Part shown: piece by piece, positions 8,880-18,205 of the stretch | How the letters are laid out: each line of letters begins with the position of its first letter | Numbering within the stretch: position 1 is the stretch's first letter | NCBI GenBank assembly: GCA_934424575.1 | Contig: CAKRXU010000008.1 | Location: 7,179 to 71,178, forward strand | Direction: 5' to 3' | Source: an uncultured Blautia sp. | Lineage (GTDB): Bacteria > Bacillota > Clostridia > Lachnospirales > Lachnospiraceae | Length of the DNA: 64,000 nucleotides | The notes under the pieces: model-generated | Database searches by the model: none | Told to the model about the DNA's origin: nothing | The model's input: the letters and a program-made list of their open reading frames with translations, nothing else | Position numbers and translations under genes: made by a program

Positions 8880-9881
8880 ATGGCTGAAAGAATTGACAAA
8901 GAAATTTATACAAAACTTGCAAACCGTATCTACGACCTGGACGGTGAAGTTTACAGAGTCCTCGGTTCTTCTCTTGGACGTACGTTTACCGGAAACCGTG
9001 ATACAACGATCCGCACTTTGAGTATGCTGATGTATACAAAACCAGACGGACATCTGCTCAGAAGTGAACTTGCCCTGATCAGCAACATGGCACGTACCAT
9101 CAAGGACGCAGACGAGAAAAGCCGTCTGATGACAGAATATGATGAGATCCTTAAAGAGATCGAGCAGCTTCCGAATATGTTCGGTTCCACAGATATTGTT
9201 GATGCGGAACGTGTGGCGCTGAATCTTGCAGCGAGAAGGGAAAAAATTTCCGAAAATGACCATCTCGTGATCTGTATCAGCCGTACACAGGGAAGTGCAG
9301 GAAACGATATTGGATTTGAACTTGCAGACAATCTTCATATTAATTATTACGATGTGGAGATCTTTGACCAGGTACTGAAACGCCTTGAAGCAGAGAAGGG
9401 TGATGTACAGGATAAAGAAAATTTCACAGAGTTCAACAAATACGGCAAGAAATCACACGAGAGCTTCCGTACGAAACTCAAAGAACTGAACCGTTATCAC
9501 GGACTGAACAAGCAGGATGCGGTATTTTTCAATATGAGTGATCTGATCTGTGAACTTGCCCGGACAGAGGACTGTCTGATCATGGGACGCTGCGCCGATG
9601 CGATCCTCAAGAACAATCACATCCCGCACATCAGTATTTTTATCAGTGCTCCGATTCAGGTGCGTACACAGCATGTCATGGATGTCCGGAATATGGATAT
9701 GAAACAGGCAGTGCGCTTCCTCAAGAAAATGGATAAACAGCACCGTAAATACTACGAATTCTACACCGGAGAGAAGTGGGGAAAACCAGAGAACTACGAC
9801 CTCTGCATCAACAGCGCGAACTATGGTATCAAAGAGACGATCGACGTGATCAAACGACTTCTGAATCAGCAGACGCAGTAA
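8880..9881 (+). CDS. cytidylate-kinase-like family protein with an N-terminal ~125-aa domain of unknown function
   Basis: 333 aa. The C-terminal two thirds (VICISRTQGSAGNDIGFELADNLHINYYD...) resemble the Cytidylate_kin2 family. AAGGAGGGAG SD. Confidence 0.65.
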   Translation: MAERIDKEIYTKLANRIYDLDGEVYRVLGSSLGRTFTGNRDTTIRTLSMLMYTKPDGHLLRSELALISNMARTIKDADEKSRLMTEYDEILKEIEQLPNMFGSTDIVDAERVALNLAARREKISENDHLVICISRTQGSAGNDIGFELADNLHINYYDVEIFDQVLKRLEAEKGDVQDKENFTEFNKYGKKSHESFRTKLKELNRYHGLNKQDAVFFNMSDLICELARTEDCLIMGRCADAILKNNHIPHISIFISAPIQVRTQHVMDVRNMDMKQAVRFLKKMDKQHRKYYEFYTGEKWGKPENYDLCINSANYGIKETIDVIKRLLNQQTQ

Positions 9882-9886
9882 AATAA

Positions 9887-9945
9887 AAATATCCTGTGCA
9901 GATCTTGCCTTATCAGAAAGGCATCAGATCTGTACAGGATATTTT
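9887..9945. terminator. long bidirectional hairpin terminator
   Basis: AAATATCCTGTGCAGATCT (9887-9905) pairs with AGATCTGTACAGGATATTT (9926-9944). It lies between convergent genes. Confidence 0.8.
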
Positions 9946-9996
9946 ATTGCATTGCATATCGAGGAGGTGCCAGTGGCACGTCCGCTGATTTTTTGT

Positions 9997-10641
9997 TTAT
10001 TTGTTTACATCAATATAGCTGTACAGGGTGTACTTGGAAATGCCGAAATAATTGGCAACTTTATCCCCGGATTTGGTGATCAGGAAAGCACCGGAATCGT
10101 TGAGGAACTGGATCGCAGTGACCTTGTCCTCCTTATTCATAAGTGCGACCGGTTTGCCGACCAGGGCAACAGATTCCTCGATCAGATGGTCCAGAAGATC
10201 GTTGACGCTGTGCGTGATCTCCTTTGGTTTTTCTTCTTTGTTGACCGGTGTGATCAGAGAGTGTAGTGCACTTTCGATCATGGTCAGTTTGGTGATGTCA
10301 TAGTTGATGCCGAAAACATAATGAAGGCTTCCGTCATCATCACGAATGTAAGAAGTACTGCATTTCAGGATCTTGCCGTCGGCTGTCTTCATGAGATAGC
10401 CGGCATGGTCTTTGAGCTCTTCTTCTTTTGGCATTTTTTTGCTGTTGTGACGGATTACATCAAAAACGGCATTAGAGGGTCCGTCACCGATTCCGCGACC
10501 TGTTACATGTCCGTTTTCAATGTGGACGATGGAATGTTCCGGATCATTTGTCTTAAGGTCATGAATTACGATTTCACATTCCGGACCAAACTGAAAAGCC
10601 AGATCCCGCGCAATCTGTTTGAGTACAGTAAGTCGTCCCAT
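9997..10641 (-). CDS. YheO-like transcriptional regulator (PAS-like sensor plus C-terminal HTH)
   Basis: 214 aa. MGRLTVLKQIARDLAFQFGPECEIVIHDL... and the C-terminal YFGISKYTLYSYI HTH. GAGGAGGAAG SD. It is divergent from hyuA. Confidence 0.8.
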   Translation of the reverse strand: MGRLTVLKQIARDLAFQFGPECEIVIHDLKTNDPEHSIVHIENGHVTGRGIGDGPSNAVFDVIRHNSKKMPKEEELKDHAGYLMKTADGKILKCSTSYIRDDDGSLHYVFGINYDITKLTMIESALHSLITPVNKEEKPKEITHSVNDLLDHLIEESVALVGKPVALMNKEDKVTAIQFLNDSGAFLITKSGDKVANYFGISKYTLYSYIDVNK

Positions 10642-10873
10642 TGTTCTTCCTCCTCTTTTTAGAATTTTGTTGTTATAAATACTATATCACAATTTTTTTT
10701 CAATATAAAGTTTTTTTTGCCATACCTAAATATTATTGTATAAAGAAATAGATAGTGGTTGCTGAGAAGGGGAATTGGTGCTATATTTGTTGTAATAAGA
10801 TTGAACTGATGAAGAATTCGTCAGAAAAAATGCAGGGGTGCATCAACTTATGAATGACAAAGGGAGGTACACT

Positions 10874-12247
10874 ATGAAATATTTACTCAAAAATGGAACG
10901 GTAGTATCCGGAGAAAAATCGGAGAAACTCGATGTCCTGGTGGATGGAGAGAAGATCATAAATGTGGGAAAGGATCTTGAAGCAGGCGATGCAGAAGTGA
11001 TGGATGTCGAAGGAAAGCTTCTGTTCCCGGGATTTATCGACGGCCATACACATTTTGACCTGGAAGTGGCAGGAACTGTCACGGCAGACGACTTTGAGAC
11101 AGGAACAAGAGCTGCGCTTCTCGGAGGAACGACACTTGTCATTGATTATGCATCACAGGACAAAGGCGGTCACACTCTGAAAGAAGGTCTCGATAAGTGG
11201 CACAAAAAAGCCGATGGCAAATGCTCCTGCGACTATTCTTTCCATATGTCTATCGTAGAATGGAACGATGAGACAGAGGCGGAAGTACAGGATATGATCG
11301 ACCATGGAATCACCAGCTTCAAGCTTTACATGACCTATCCGGCAATGATCGTAAATGACTGCGATATGTATAAGATCCTCAAGAAACTTGGCGAATGTGG
11401 ATGTTTCGCCGGAGTTCACTGTGAAAACGCGGGTGTGATCGACGCCCTGATCTCCGAAGCGAAGAAAGAAGGACGTCTCGGACCGGAAAACCATCCGCTC
11501 GTAAGACCGGATACCATGGAAGCAGAGGCTGTCCACCGTCTTCTCGTGATCGCCAAAGAAGCCAACGCACCAGTCATGGTCGTTCACCTGACCAACAAGA
11601 AAGCTTACGAAGAGGTCATGAACGCAAGGAAAAACGGACAGGAAGTCTATGCAGAGACCTGCCCGCAGTATCTCCTTCTGGAAGACAGCGTATACTCCAA
11701 ACCGGACTTTGAGGGTGCTGTTTATGTATGTGCACCGCCGATCCGCAAGAAAGAAGATCAGGACTGCCTGTGGAAAGCTCTGGCAGACGAGGAGATCCAG
11801 ACGGTAGCGACAGACCAGTGCAGCTTCACTCTGGCACAGAAAGCCCTCGGAAAAGAGGATTTTACCAAGATCCCGGGAGGACTTCCGGGCGTACAGACAA
11901 GAGGAACCCTTCTCTATACTTACGGAGTTAAGACCGGAAAGATCACCCAGGAACAGATGTGCAAAGTCCTCTGCGAAAATCCTGCCAAACTGTACGGCGT
12001 ATATCCAAACAAAGGTGCGATCACAGCAGGAAGTGATGCGGATATCGTAGTCCTCGATCCATCGAAAGAAAGCGTGATCTCCGCAGCGACTCATGCATAC
12101 AATACAGACAATAACCCGTTTGAAGGCTTTAAGCTTGAATGCGGCATCGACAAAGTTTTTCTTCGCGGAAACCTCGCAGTCGAGGATGGGAAGCTTGTGA
12201 AAGAAAAACTCGGCAAATACATCGCCAGAGGCAAAAAACAGCTTTGA
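10874..12247 (+). CDS. hyuA: D-phenylhydantoinase / dihydropyrimidinase-family amidohydrolase (YgeZ/HyuA)
   Basis: The ATG at 10874 has a GGGAGG SD, so the track start at 10838 is rejected. MKYLLKNGTVVSG...PGFIDGHTHFDL carries the metal-binding HxH motif. Confidence 0.9.
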   Translation: MKYLLKNGTVVSGEKSEKLDVLVDGEKIINVGKDLEAGDAEVMDVEGKLLFPGFIDGHTHFDLEVAGTVTADDFETGTRAALLGGTTLVIDYASQDKGGHTLKEGLDKWHKKADGKCSCDYSFHMSIVEWNDETEAEVQDMIDHGITSFKLYMTYPAMIVNDCDMYKILKKLGECGCFAGVHCENAGVIDALISEAKKEGRLGPENHPLVRPDTMEAEAVHRLLVIAKEANAPVMVVHLTNKKAYEEVMNARKNGQEVYAETCPQYLLLEDSVYSKPDFEGAVYVCAPPIRKKEDQDCLWKALADEEIQTVATDQCSFTLAQKALGKEDFTKIPGGLPGVQTRGTLLYTYGVKTGKITQEQMCKVLCENPAKLYGVYPNKGAITAGSDADIVVLDPSKESVISAATHAYNTDNNPFEGFKLECGIDKVFLRGNLAVEDGKLVKEKLGKYIARGKKQL

Positions 12248-12271
12248 GAAGCTGCATATGAGGGGGAAGCC

Positions 12272-13354
12272 ATGAAAAATCTGATCGACAAACTGCATCA
12301 GGAGCAGATCCTGTCAGCAGAAGAATTCCGGACACTTCTGACAAAGCGTTCAGAAGAAACGGATCTGTATGCACGGGATCTGGCAGATCAGGTGCGGCAG
12401 CAGGTCTATGGAAACCAGATCTATGTACGTGGACTGATCGAGTTCACCAATTACTGTAAAAATGACTGCTATTACTGTGGAATCCGCAGGAGCAACCGAA
12501 ATGCCCAGCGTTACCGCCTGACAGAAGAGGATATCCTTGCCTGCTGTAAGGAAGGCTATGAGCTGGGATTCCGTACTTTTGTCCTTCAGGGAGGAGAGGA
12601 TGGATATTATACAGATGAGAAACTGACAGCCCTGATCCGTAAGATCAAAGGAGCCTACCCGGACTGTGCCCTGACACTTTCCATCGGGGAGAAATCCGAA
12701 GAAAGCTATCGTGCCTATAAAGAAGCCGGTGCAGACCGCTATCTTCTGCGGCATGAGACAGCGTGTGAAGAGCATTACCGTAAACTCCATCCGGAAGAAA
12801 TGTCCTGCGAAAACCGCAAAAACTGTCTTCGCACCCTCAAAAAACTGGGCTATCAGACAGGCGCAGGCTTCATGGTGGGTTCTCCTTACCAGACTATGGA
12901 TGATCTGGTAGAGGATTTCCTGTTTCTCAAAGAACTGAATCCGGAGATGGTCGGGATCGGACCGTTCATTGCACATCAGGATACTCCTTTCCATGATGAA
13001 AAGAGTGGAACACTGGAGGATACGCTCTTTTATCTGGCACTTCTCCGGCTGATGCTTCCGAATGTGCTTCTTCCGGCAACTACAGCACTGGGAACAATCC
13101 ACCCGAAAGGACGTGAACTCGGCGTAAAATCCGGCGCAAATGTTGTGATGCCGAATCTTTCTCCTGTTTCCGTGCGAAAGAAATACATGCTCTATGACGG
13201 AAAGATCTGTACCGGAGACGAGGCAGCAGAATGTCGTTTCTGTCTCAGCCGGCGTATGGAACTGATCGGCTGCCAGATCGTGACAGACCGCGGAGATTAT
13301 AAAGTTACTGTGAACGGAGTGAACAGTAACGATTACAAAAAAACCTTGCAATAG
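12272..13354 (+). CDS. hydE: [FeFe]-hydrogenase maturase HydE-type radical SAM enzyme
   Basis: 360 aa. Radical-SAM CKNDCYYCGIR (CX3CX2C) and HydE-like FVLQGGED / LLRHETA blocks. It starts 24 nt after hyuA with no visible terminator. Confidence 0.8.
   Translation: MKNLIDKLHQEQILSAEEFRTLLTKRSEETDLYARDLADQVRQQVYGNQIYVRGLIEFTNYCKNDCYYCGIRRSNRNAQRYRLTEEDILACCKEGYELGFRTFVLQGGEDGYYTDEKLTALIRKIKGAYPDCALTLSIGEKSEESYRAYKEAGADRYLLRHETACEEHYRKLHPEEMSCENRKNCLRTLKKLGYQTGAGFMVGSPYQTMDDLVEDFLFLKELNPEMVGIGPFIAHQDTPFHDEKSGTLEDTLFYLALLRLMLPNVLLPATTALGTIHPKGRELGVKSGANVVMPNLSPVSVRKKYMLYDGKICTGDEAAECRFCLSRRMELIGCQIVTDRGDYKVTVNGVNSNDYKKTLQ
13304..13331 (+). repeat. 28-nt hairpin-forming repeat, copy 1 (inside the last codons of hydE)
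   Basis: GTTACTGTGAACGGAGTGAACAGTAACG. The arms GTTACTGT/ACAGTAAC are self-complementary. Confidence 0.9.
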
Positions 13355-13375
13355 ATACCGCATATGGGGTATAGT
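13346..13375 (+). promoter_or_regulatory. putative promoter for the SH3 lipoprotein gene
   Basis: TTGCAA (13346-13351), 18-nt spacer, TATAGT (13370-13375). It is flanked by the two 28-nt repeat copies. Confidence 0.4.
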
Positions 13376-13384
13376 GGTCATATG

Positions 13385-13412
13385 GTTACTGTGAATGGAG
13401 TGAACAGTAACG
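13385..13412 (+). repeat. 28-nt hairpin-forming repeat, copy 2 (intergenic)
   Basis: GTTACTGTGAATGGAGTGAACAGTAACG. It differs from copy 1 by one C/T mismatch and lies 81 bp downstream. Confidence 0.9.
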
Positions 13413-13440
13413 CTGTATGCTATAAAGGAGGATTATTTTA

Positions 13441-13881
13441 ATGAAGAAATCCAGATTACTGATCGTGCTGGCTGGTCTGGCTGTTTTTGCATCCGGATGT
13501 GGTTTCAGTACCGGAGGAGAAGACTCTACTGTGACTGTGATTGAAGCGACTCCGACTCCGACTGTTACTCCTACACCGGAAGCAACTCCTACACCGACAG
13601 TTCCAGAGGCGACTCCAACTCCGGCTCAGGAAATAACACAGACAGCAAGTGGTGTAAATATCATAAAACAAAGTGCTACTTATTATGCTGTGCAGGGTGT
13701 AAATATCCGTACTGACTGCAGCACAGATGCGCAGATCATCAGGGGTACTAAAGTTGGCGAGGAATTACCAAGTACTGGTGTCAGCCAGGATGGACAGTGG
13801 ATTGAAGTAACAGTCAATGATACGACAGGTTATGTCAGTGCACAGTATGTTTCTGCAACAAATCCAACAGCAGCTCAGTAA
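13441..13881 (+). CDS. lipoprotein with Thr/Pro-rich linker and bacterial SH3 domain
   Basis: Lipobox LAVFASGC, a (T/E)PTP-type repeat linker, and a C-terminal SH3b-like segment (YAVQGVNIRTDCSTDAQIIRGTKVGEELPSTGVSQDGQWIEVTVNDTTGYVSAQYV). Confidence 0.8.
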   Translation: MKKSRLLIVLAGLAVFASGCGFSTGGEDSTVTVIEATPTPTVTPTPEATPTPTVPEATPTPAQEITQTASGVNIIKQSATYYAVQGVNIRTDCSTDAQIIRGTKVGEELPSTGVSQDGQWIEVTVNDTTGYVSAQYVSATNPTAAQ

Positions 13882-13886
13882 AGCGT

Positions 13887-13942
13887 AAAAACGCTGAACT
13901 TCTCAGGAGGTTTTTCTCTTAAAAGAAGTTCAGCGTTTTTTT
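13887..13942. terminator. bidirectional rho-independent terminator
   Basis: AAAAACGCTGAACTTCT (13887-13903) pairs with AGAAGTTCAGCGTTTTT (13924-13940). A and T runs flank both sides. Confidence 0.9.
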
Positions 13943-13964
13943 AATATTTTGTAAAGAAAAAAGA

Positions 13965-14444
13965 TTATTCTGGATAGATAAGGCGGTCCGGTCTGATATC
14001 GTAGAGAACCTCACGAAGATATTTATCGGCAAGATATTTTGCCATACCAAGATTCATGTCGAGGTAGTTTCCACAGTCTTTTGCAGAAGCACCAGGGATC
14101 TCGCCTTCAAAATCACGGATGAATTCAAACATTTCCGTCATGAGTGGCACAATGTCTTTTGATTCATAATCACCTGCAAGGAGAAGATAATTTCCGGTAC
14201 GGCAGCCCATTGGTCCCCAGTAGATGATCTTGCTGCCGAATTCTGCATGATTGCGGAGAAAAGTAGCTGCAAGATGTTCCATGGCATGGAGTTCTGCGGT
14301 GTTCATGACAGGTTCCTCATTAGGGGAAGTCATACGGATATCGAAGGTAGTGATGACCTGATCGCCAAGATAATCTTTGCGGGAAACATAGATTCCCGGC
14401 TGAAGCTTGATGTGGTCTATGGTAAAGCTTGCTATTTTTTTCAT
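13965..14444 (-). CDS. luxS: S-ribosylhomocysteine lyase
   Basis: 159 aa with the HAMEH metal motif and GCRTG. It looks like full-length LuxS. Confidence 0.95.
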   Translation of the reverse strand: MKKIASFTIDHIKLQPGIYVSRKDYLGDQVITTFDIRMTSPNEEPVMNTAELHAMEHLAATFLRNHAEFGSKIIYWGPMGCRTGNYLLLAGDYESKDIVPLMTEMFEFIRDFEGEIPGASAKDCGNYLDMNLGMAKYLADKYLREVLYDIRPDRLIYPE

Positions 14445-14653
14445 ATGTCTGGTTCCTTTCTGTATTTTGATGTAAAATCACTGATTCTTATTGTAGCAGA
14501 GCTTTGACATGCTTACAAGTGGTTGGTGGAAAATCCCCGGCATTGACTTTACATCCCTGTGATGTTAAACTGTTGCACAGGGAAAAAGTTAAAATAAAAA
14601 TCAAAAGCTGCAGGGGATGAGAGGAACAGCAGCGTCATAGGAGGAAGTTTATT

Positions 14654-15421
14654 ATGAAATCCAGAGTTTTGGCAGCAGTTTTCGCAGTTGTCCTTACGGC
14701 AGGTACACTTACAGGCTGTGGAAGTGCGAAGACATCCGATTCTGCAAAAACAGACAATACAAAAGAAGAAAGCACGAAAGAAGACGATACAAAAGAAGAA
14801 ACTTCTTCGGACGAGGAAGCAGAAGTAACACAGGAACCTGTAAGTGAGGAAGAAGCACTTGCAGCCGGTTTCAGCGATGGAAGCGACAGTGATGCAGCAG
14901 TCCTGGATACAAGCAAGGAACTGACAGGGATTCATCATGCAGGAATCGACATTAAGGACTATGGAAGTATTGAGGTAGAGCTGGACGCAGACACAGCCCC
15001 GATCACCGTAACAAACTTTGTGAAGCTTGCACAGGAAGGATTCTATGACGGACTGACTTTCTGGAGGATCATGGATGGTTTTATGATCCAGGGAGGTGAT
15101 CCGAAGGGGAATGGAACCGGTGGCTCTGGTGAGACAATTAAGGGAGAATTTTCCAGCAATGGAGTGAAGAATGATATTTCCCATACAAGAGGAACCATTT
15201 CCATGGCAAGATCCACCAGCCCGGACAGTGCAAGTTCCCAGTTCTTTATCGTACAGTCTGACAGCACATTTCTTGATGGCGACTACGCGGCCTTTGGTCA
15301 TGTGACAGAGGGAATGGATGTTGTAGATCAGATCTGTAAGGATGCAGATCCGACGGATGATAACGGAACGATCAAAGCGGATGAACAGCCGGTGATCGAG
15401 AGCATTCAGATCAAAGACTGA
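14654..15421 (+). CDS. lipoprotein peptidyl-prolyl cis-trans isomerase (cyclophilin type)
   Basis: Lipobox LTGCGS, an acidic linker, and a cyclophilin core (FWRIMDGFMIQGGDPKGNGTGGSG...SQFFIV). Confidence 0.9.
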   Translation: MKSRVLAAVFAVVLTAGTLTGCGSAKTSDSAKTDNTKEESTKEDDTKEETSSDEEAEVTQEPVSEEEALAAGFSDGSDSDAAVLDTSKELTGIHHAGIDIKDYGSIEVELDADTAPITVTNFVKLAQEGFYDGLTFWRIMDGFMIQGGDPKGNGTGGSGETIKGEFSSNGVKNDISHTRGTISMARSTSPDSASSQFFIVQSDSTFLDGDYAAFGHVTEGMDVVDQICKDADPTDDNGTIKADEQPVIESIQIKD

Positions 15422-15450
15422 TTTCAGTCTGAGCAGTAAAGGAAATAAAA

Positions 15451-15488
15451 ATGGCGGCAGAAACATGTAGGATCTGCTGCCATTTTGT
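15451..15488 (+). terminator. rho-independent terminator
   Basis: ATGGCGGCAGA / TCTGCTGCCAT stem with one G-U pair, followed by TTTTGT. Confidence 0.7.
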
Positions 15489-15505
15489 ATTAGTAAAGCG
15501 AGAAT

Positions 15506-16069
15506 TTACAGTTTTATGATCAGAACAGGGATTGGAGGATTGTTCGGACGGTTGTAATAATCGCTTCGGATGACAAGATATTTGTGTGGATCAAGAGAAG
15601 CGAGCCATGCAAGCACCGCGTCGCGTTCTTCAAATCCGGAATCACCGCCGCTGTAAATGCAGAGTGAGATCAGGCCGCCTTTTTTAAGAAGGGAAAGCCC
15701 CTGGGTCAGAGCTTCAATGCTGGTGTCGCCTTTTGTCGCTTTGGCGTGATCACCGCCGGGAAGGTAGCCGAGATTGAAGGTAATGCAGCTTACAGAATTT
15801 TCCTGGGCGTGCGTTTTCATCTGTGTATGGGATTCCAGAAGCAGAGTATAGTTGTCTGGTGCCCCCGCGCTGATGAGGCGTTCTTTTGTACTTTTTAATG
15901 CCTGTTTCTGGATATCAAAAGCAAGTACCCTGCCTTTTTCGCCGCAGAGCGTACTCAGAAGCAGGGTATCATTTCCGTTTCCCATCGTTGCATCAATACA
16001 GAGATCGCCCGGAGCGACCTGCTCTTTTATAAAACGCGCACACCATTGTGTGATCTGATAATTTTTCAT
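15506..16069 (-). CDS. mnmM: class I SAM-dependent methyltransferase, YtqB/MnmM type (tRNA mnm5s2U34 methyltransferase)
   Basis: 187 aa. IDATMGNGNDT, FNLGYLPGGD and NPPIPVLI blocks are co-linear with B. subtilis YtqB as I recall it. Confidence 0.8.
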   Translation of the reverse strand: MKNYQITQWCARFIKEQVAPGDLCIDATMGNGNDTLLLSTLCGEKGRVLAFDIQKQALKSTKERLISAGAPDNYTLLLESHTQMKTHAQENSVSCITFNLGYLPGGDHAKATKGDTSIEALTQGLSLLKKGGLISLCIYSGGDSGFEERDAVLAWLASLDPHKYLVIRSDYYNRPNNPPIPVLIIKL

Positions 16070-16238
16070 AAAGATCCAAGTCCTTTCTTATCGATTACTC
16101 CCATTATAATAAAAAACCGGCATGAAAACGAGTACAAAAAAAGAAACACAGCAAAAATTCATTGCAATTGTCGGTAAGGCTGTTATAATGTAACAGACAT
16201 GAAAACTGTGAAAAACTCATAAAAGGAAGGAAAATCTT

Positions 16239-17444
16239 ATGTTAAAGGGTAAAACCGTTCTTCTGGGAGTGACCGGAAGCATTGCGGCATACAAAATCGC
16301 ATATCTTGCAAGTGCACTGAAGAAACTTCACGCAGAGGTCCATGTGCTGATGACGAAGAATGCAACCAATTTTATCACACCGATTACATTTGAATCGCTT
16401 ACCGGAACGAAATGTCTGGTAGATACCTTTGACAGAAATTTTCAGTTCCAGGTAGAGCATGTTTCCATTGCAAAGAAGGCAGACGTAGTCATGATCGCAC
16501 CTGCCAGTGCCAACGTGATCGGCAAACTTGCACATGGGATCGCAGATGATATGCTGACAACAACGATCATGGCATGCAAATGCAAGAAATTCATTTCCCC
16601 TGCCATGAATACAAATATGTTTGAAAATCCGATCCTGCAGGATAATCTTAAGACGCTTGAGCATTATGGATACGAAGTGATCCAGCCTGCGAGCGGCTAT
16701 CTCGCCTGCGGGGACACCGGAGCCGGTAAGATGCCGGAACCGGAAACACTGCTTTCTTACATCTTGAGGGAGATCGCAGCGGAGAAGGATCTTGAGGGAA
16801 AAAAGGTTCTGGTCACAGCCGGACCTACCCAGGAATCCATTGATCCGGTGCGCTACATCACCAACCATTCTTCCGGCAAGATGGGCTATGCACTGGCAAA
16901 AGCAGCTATGCTCCGCGGCGCAGATGTCACTCTGGTCAGCGGACCATGCAGCATCACGCCGCCGCCTTTTGTGAAGGTGGTACCGGTCGTGACCGCGAAG
17001 GATATGTTTGATGCGGTGACTTCCGTAAGTGCAGATCAGGACATCATCATCAAGGCAGCAGCCGTGGCGGACTACCGCCCGAAGCAGGTTTTTGATGAAA
17101 AAATCAAGAAGCAGGACAAAGAAATGAGTATTGAACTGGAAAAAACGGACGATATTCTCAAATACCTGGGAGAACATCGTACCCCGCAGCAGTTCCTCTG
17201 TGGATTTTCCATGGAGACTCAGAACATGATCGGTAATTCCAGGGCGAAACTTGGTAAGAAACATCTGGATATGGTGGCAGCGAACAACCTCAAGGTTGCA
17301 GGCGCCGGTTTCCAGGGCGATACCAATGTACTGACCCTGATTACACAGGATGAGGACGTATCACTCCAGCTTATGAGCAAGGAGGATGCAGCCAATGTCA
17401 TCCTGGATAAGATCCTTTCTATCATGAAAGAAAGGGAACAGTAA
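16239..17444 (+). CDS. coaBC: bifunctional phosphopantothenoylcysteine decarboxylase / phosphopantothenate-cysteine ligase
   Basis: 401 aa. An N-terminal flavoprotein domain (LLGVTGSIAAYK) and a C-terminal CoaB domain (ITNHSSGKMG). Confidence 0.95.
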   Translation: MLKGKTVLLGVTGSIAAYKIAYLASALKKLHAEVHVLMTKNATNFITPITFESLTGTKCLVDTFDRNFQFQVEHVSIAKKADVVMIAPASANVIGKLAHGIADDMLTTTIMACKCKKFISPAMNTNMFENPILQDNLKTLEHYGYEVIQPASGYLACGDTGAGKMPEPETLLSYILREIAAEKDLEGKKVLVTAGPTQESIDPVRYITNHSSGKMGYALAKAAMLRGADVTLVSGPCSITPPPFVKVVPVVTAKDMFDAVTSVSADQDIIIKAAAVADYRPKQVFDEKIKKQDKEMSIELEKTDDILKYLGEHRTPQQFLCGFSMETQNMIGNSRAKLGKKHLDMVAANNLKVAGAGFQGDTNVLTLITQDEDVSLQLMSKEDAANVILDKILSIMKEREQ

Positions 17445-17539
17445 CCCGTTCACCAGGATGCGGGTAAATAAAATCACATACCCGCAGTTCCGCACCGTAT
17501 TGTATCCCCATGGAGGGAACGATAACAAGGAGGAAAAAC

Positions 17540-18178
17540 ATGAAAAGTAACAAATTTACCACATCACAGCTCACCATTCTTGGTCTGATGTCAGGAATCC
17601 TTTTTCTGATGGCGTACACACCACTTGGATATCTGAACATAGGACCTCTGGCAGTCACCTTTAATGTCATTCCGGTCGCAATCTGCGCGGTCGTTCTCGG
17701 ACCGACAGGCGGAGCCGTAGCCGGAGCCGTTTTTGGACTGACCAGTTTCTTACAGGCAATGGGAATCGGCGGTACCAGCGCACTGGGAGCAGCACTGTTT
17801 CAGATCAATCCATTTTTAAGTGCAGTTCAGTGTTTTGTACCTCGTATTCTTGATGGATTACTTATCGGTTTCATCTACAGAGGAATGAGAAAGAAAACAA
17901 ACGTATATGTATCCTGTGCTGTAACCGGATTCTTTTCCGCATTCCTGAATACCCTGTTCTTTATGACCGCACTGGTTGTAATGTTCGGAAACACAGAAGT
18001 GATCCAGAATCTCATGGGTGGAAGAAATGTGATCATTGGATGCTGTATGATGGTAGGTGTTAATGCGATCAGTGAGATGGTTTCTTCAACGATCATCACA
18101 GCAGCTGTAGGAACCGCACTTTCCAAAGCTCATCTGATCCCGGCATCTCAGATTGCAAAACCTGATACTGCCGCATAA
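17540..18178 (+). CDS. panT: ECF-transporter S component, probably pantothenate-specific (PanT)
   Basis: The ATG at 17540 has an AAGGAGG SD. ~212 aa, six TM segments. The substrate call rests only on its position between coaBC and coaX. Confidence 0.65.
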   Translation: MKSNKFTTSQLTILGLMSGILFLMAYTPLGYLNIGPLAVTFNVIPVAICAVVLGPTGGAVAGAVFGLTSFLQAMGIGGTSALGAALFQINPFLSAVQCFVPRILDGLLIGFIYRGMRKKTNVYVSCAVTGFFSAFLNTLFFMTALVVMFGNTEVIQNLMGGRNVIIGCCMMVGVNAISEMVSSTIITAAVGTALSKAHLIPASQIAKPDTAA

Positions 18179-18205
18179 AAAGCATATAGACAGGAATGAG
18201 AATAT

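Noticed and set aside
10776-10790. TTGGTGCTATATTTGT upstream of hyuA as a sigma-54 promoter (E. coli ygeV is a sigma-54 activator).
   Set aside because: The -12 position reads GT rather than GC. The local regulator is YheO-type, not an EBP. The match is too weak to call.
13304-13412. The 28-nt repeat pair as a minimal CRISPR array or att-site pair of a mobile element.
   Set aside because: There are only two copies, the 53-nt spacer contains a promoter-like sequence, and no cas, integrase or transposase gene lies nearby. Copy 1 is inside a coding region.
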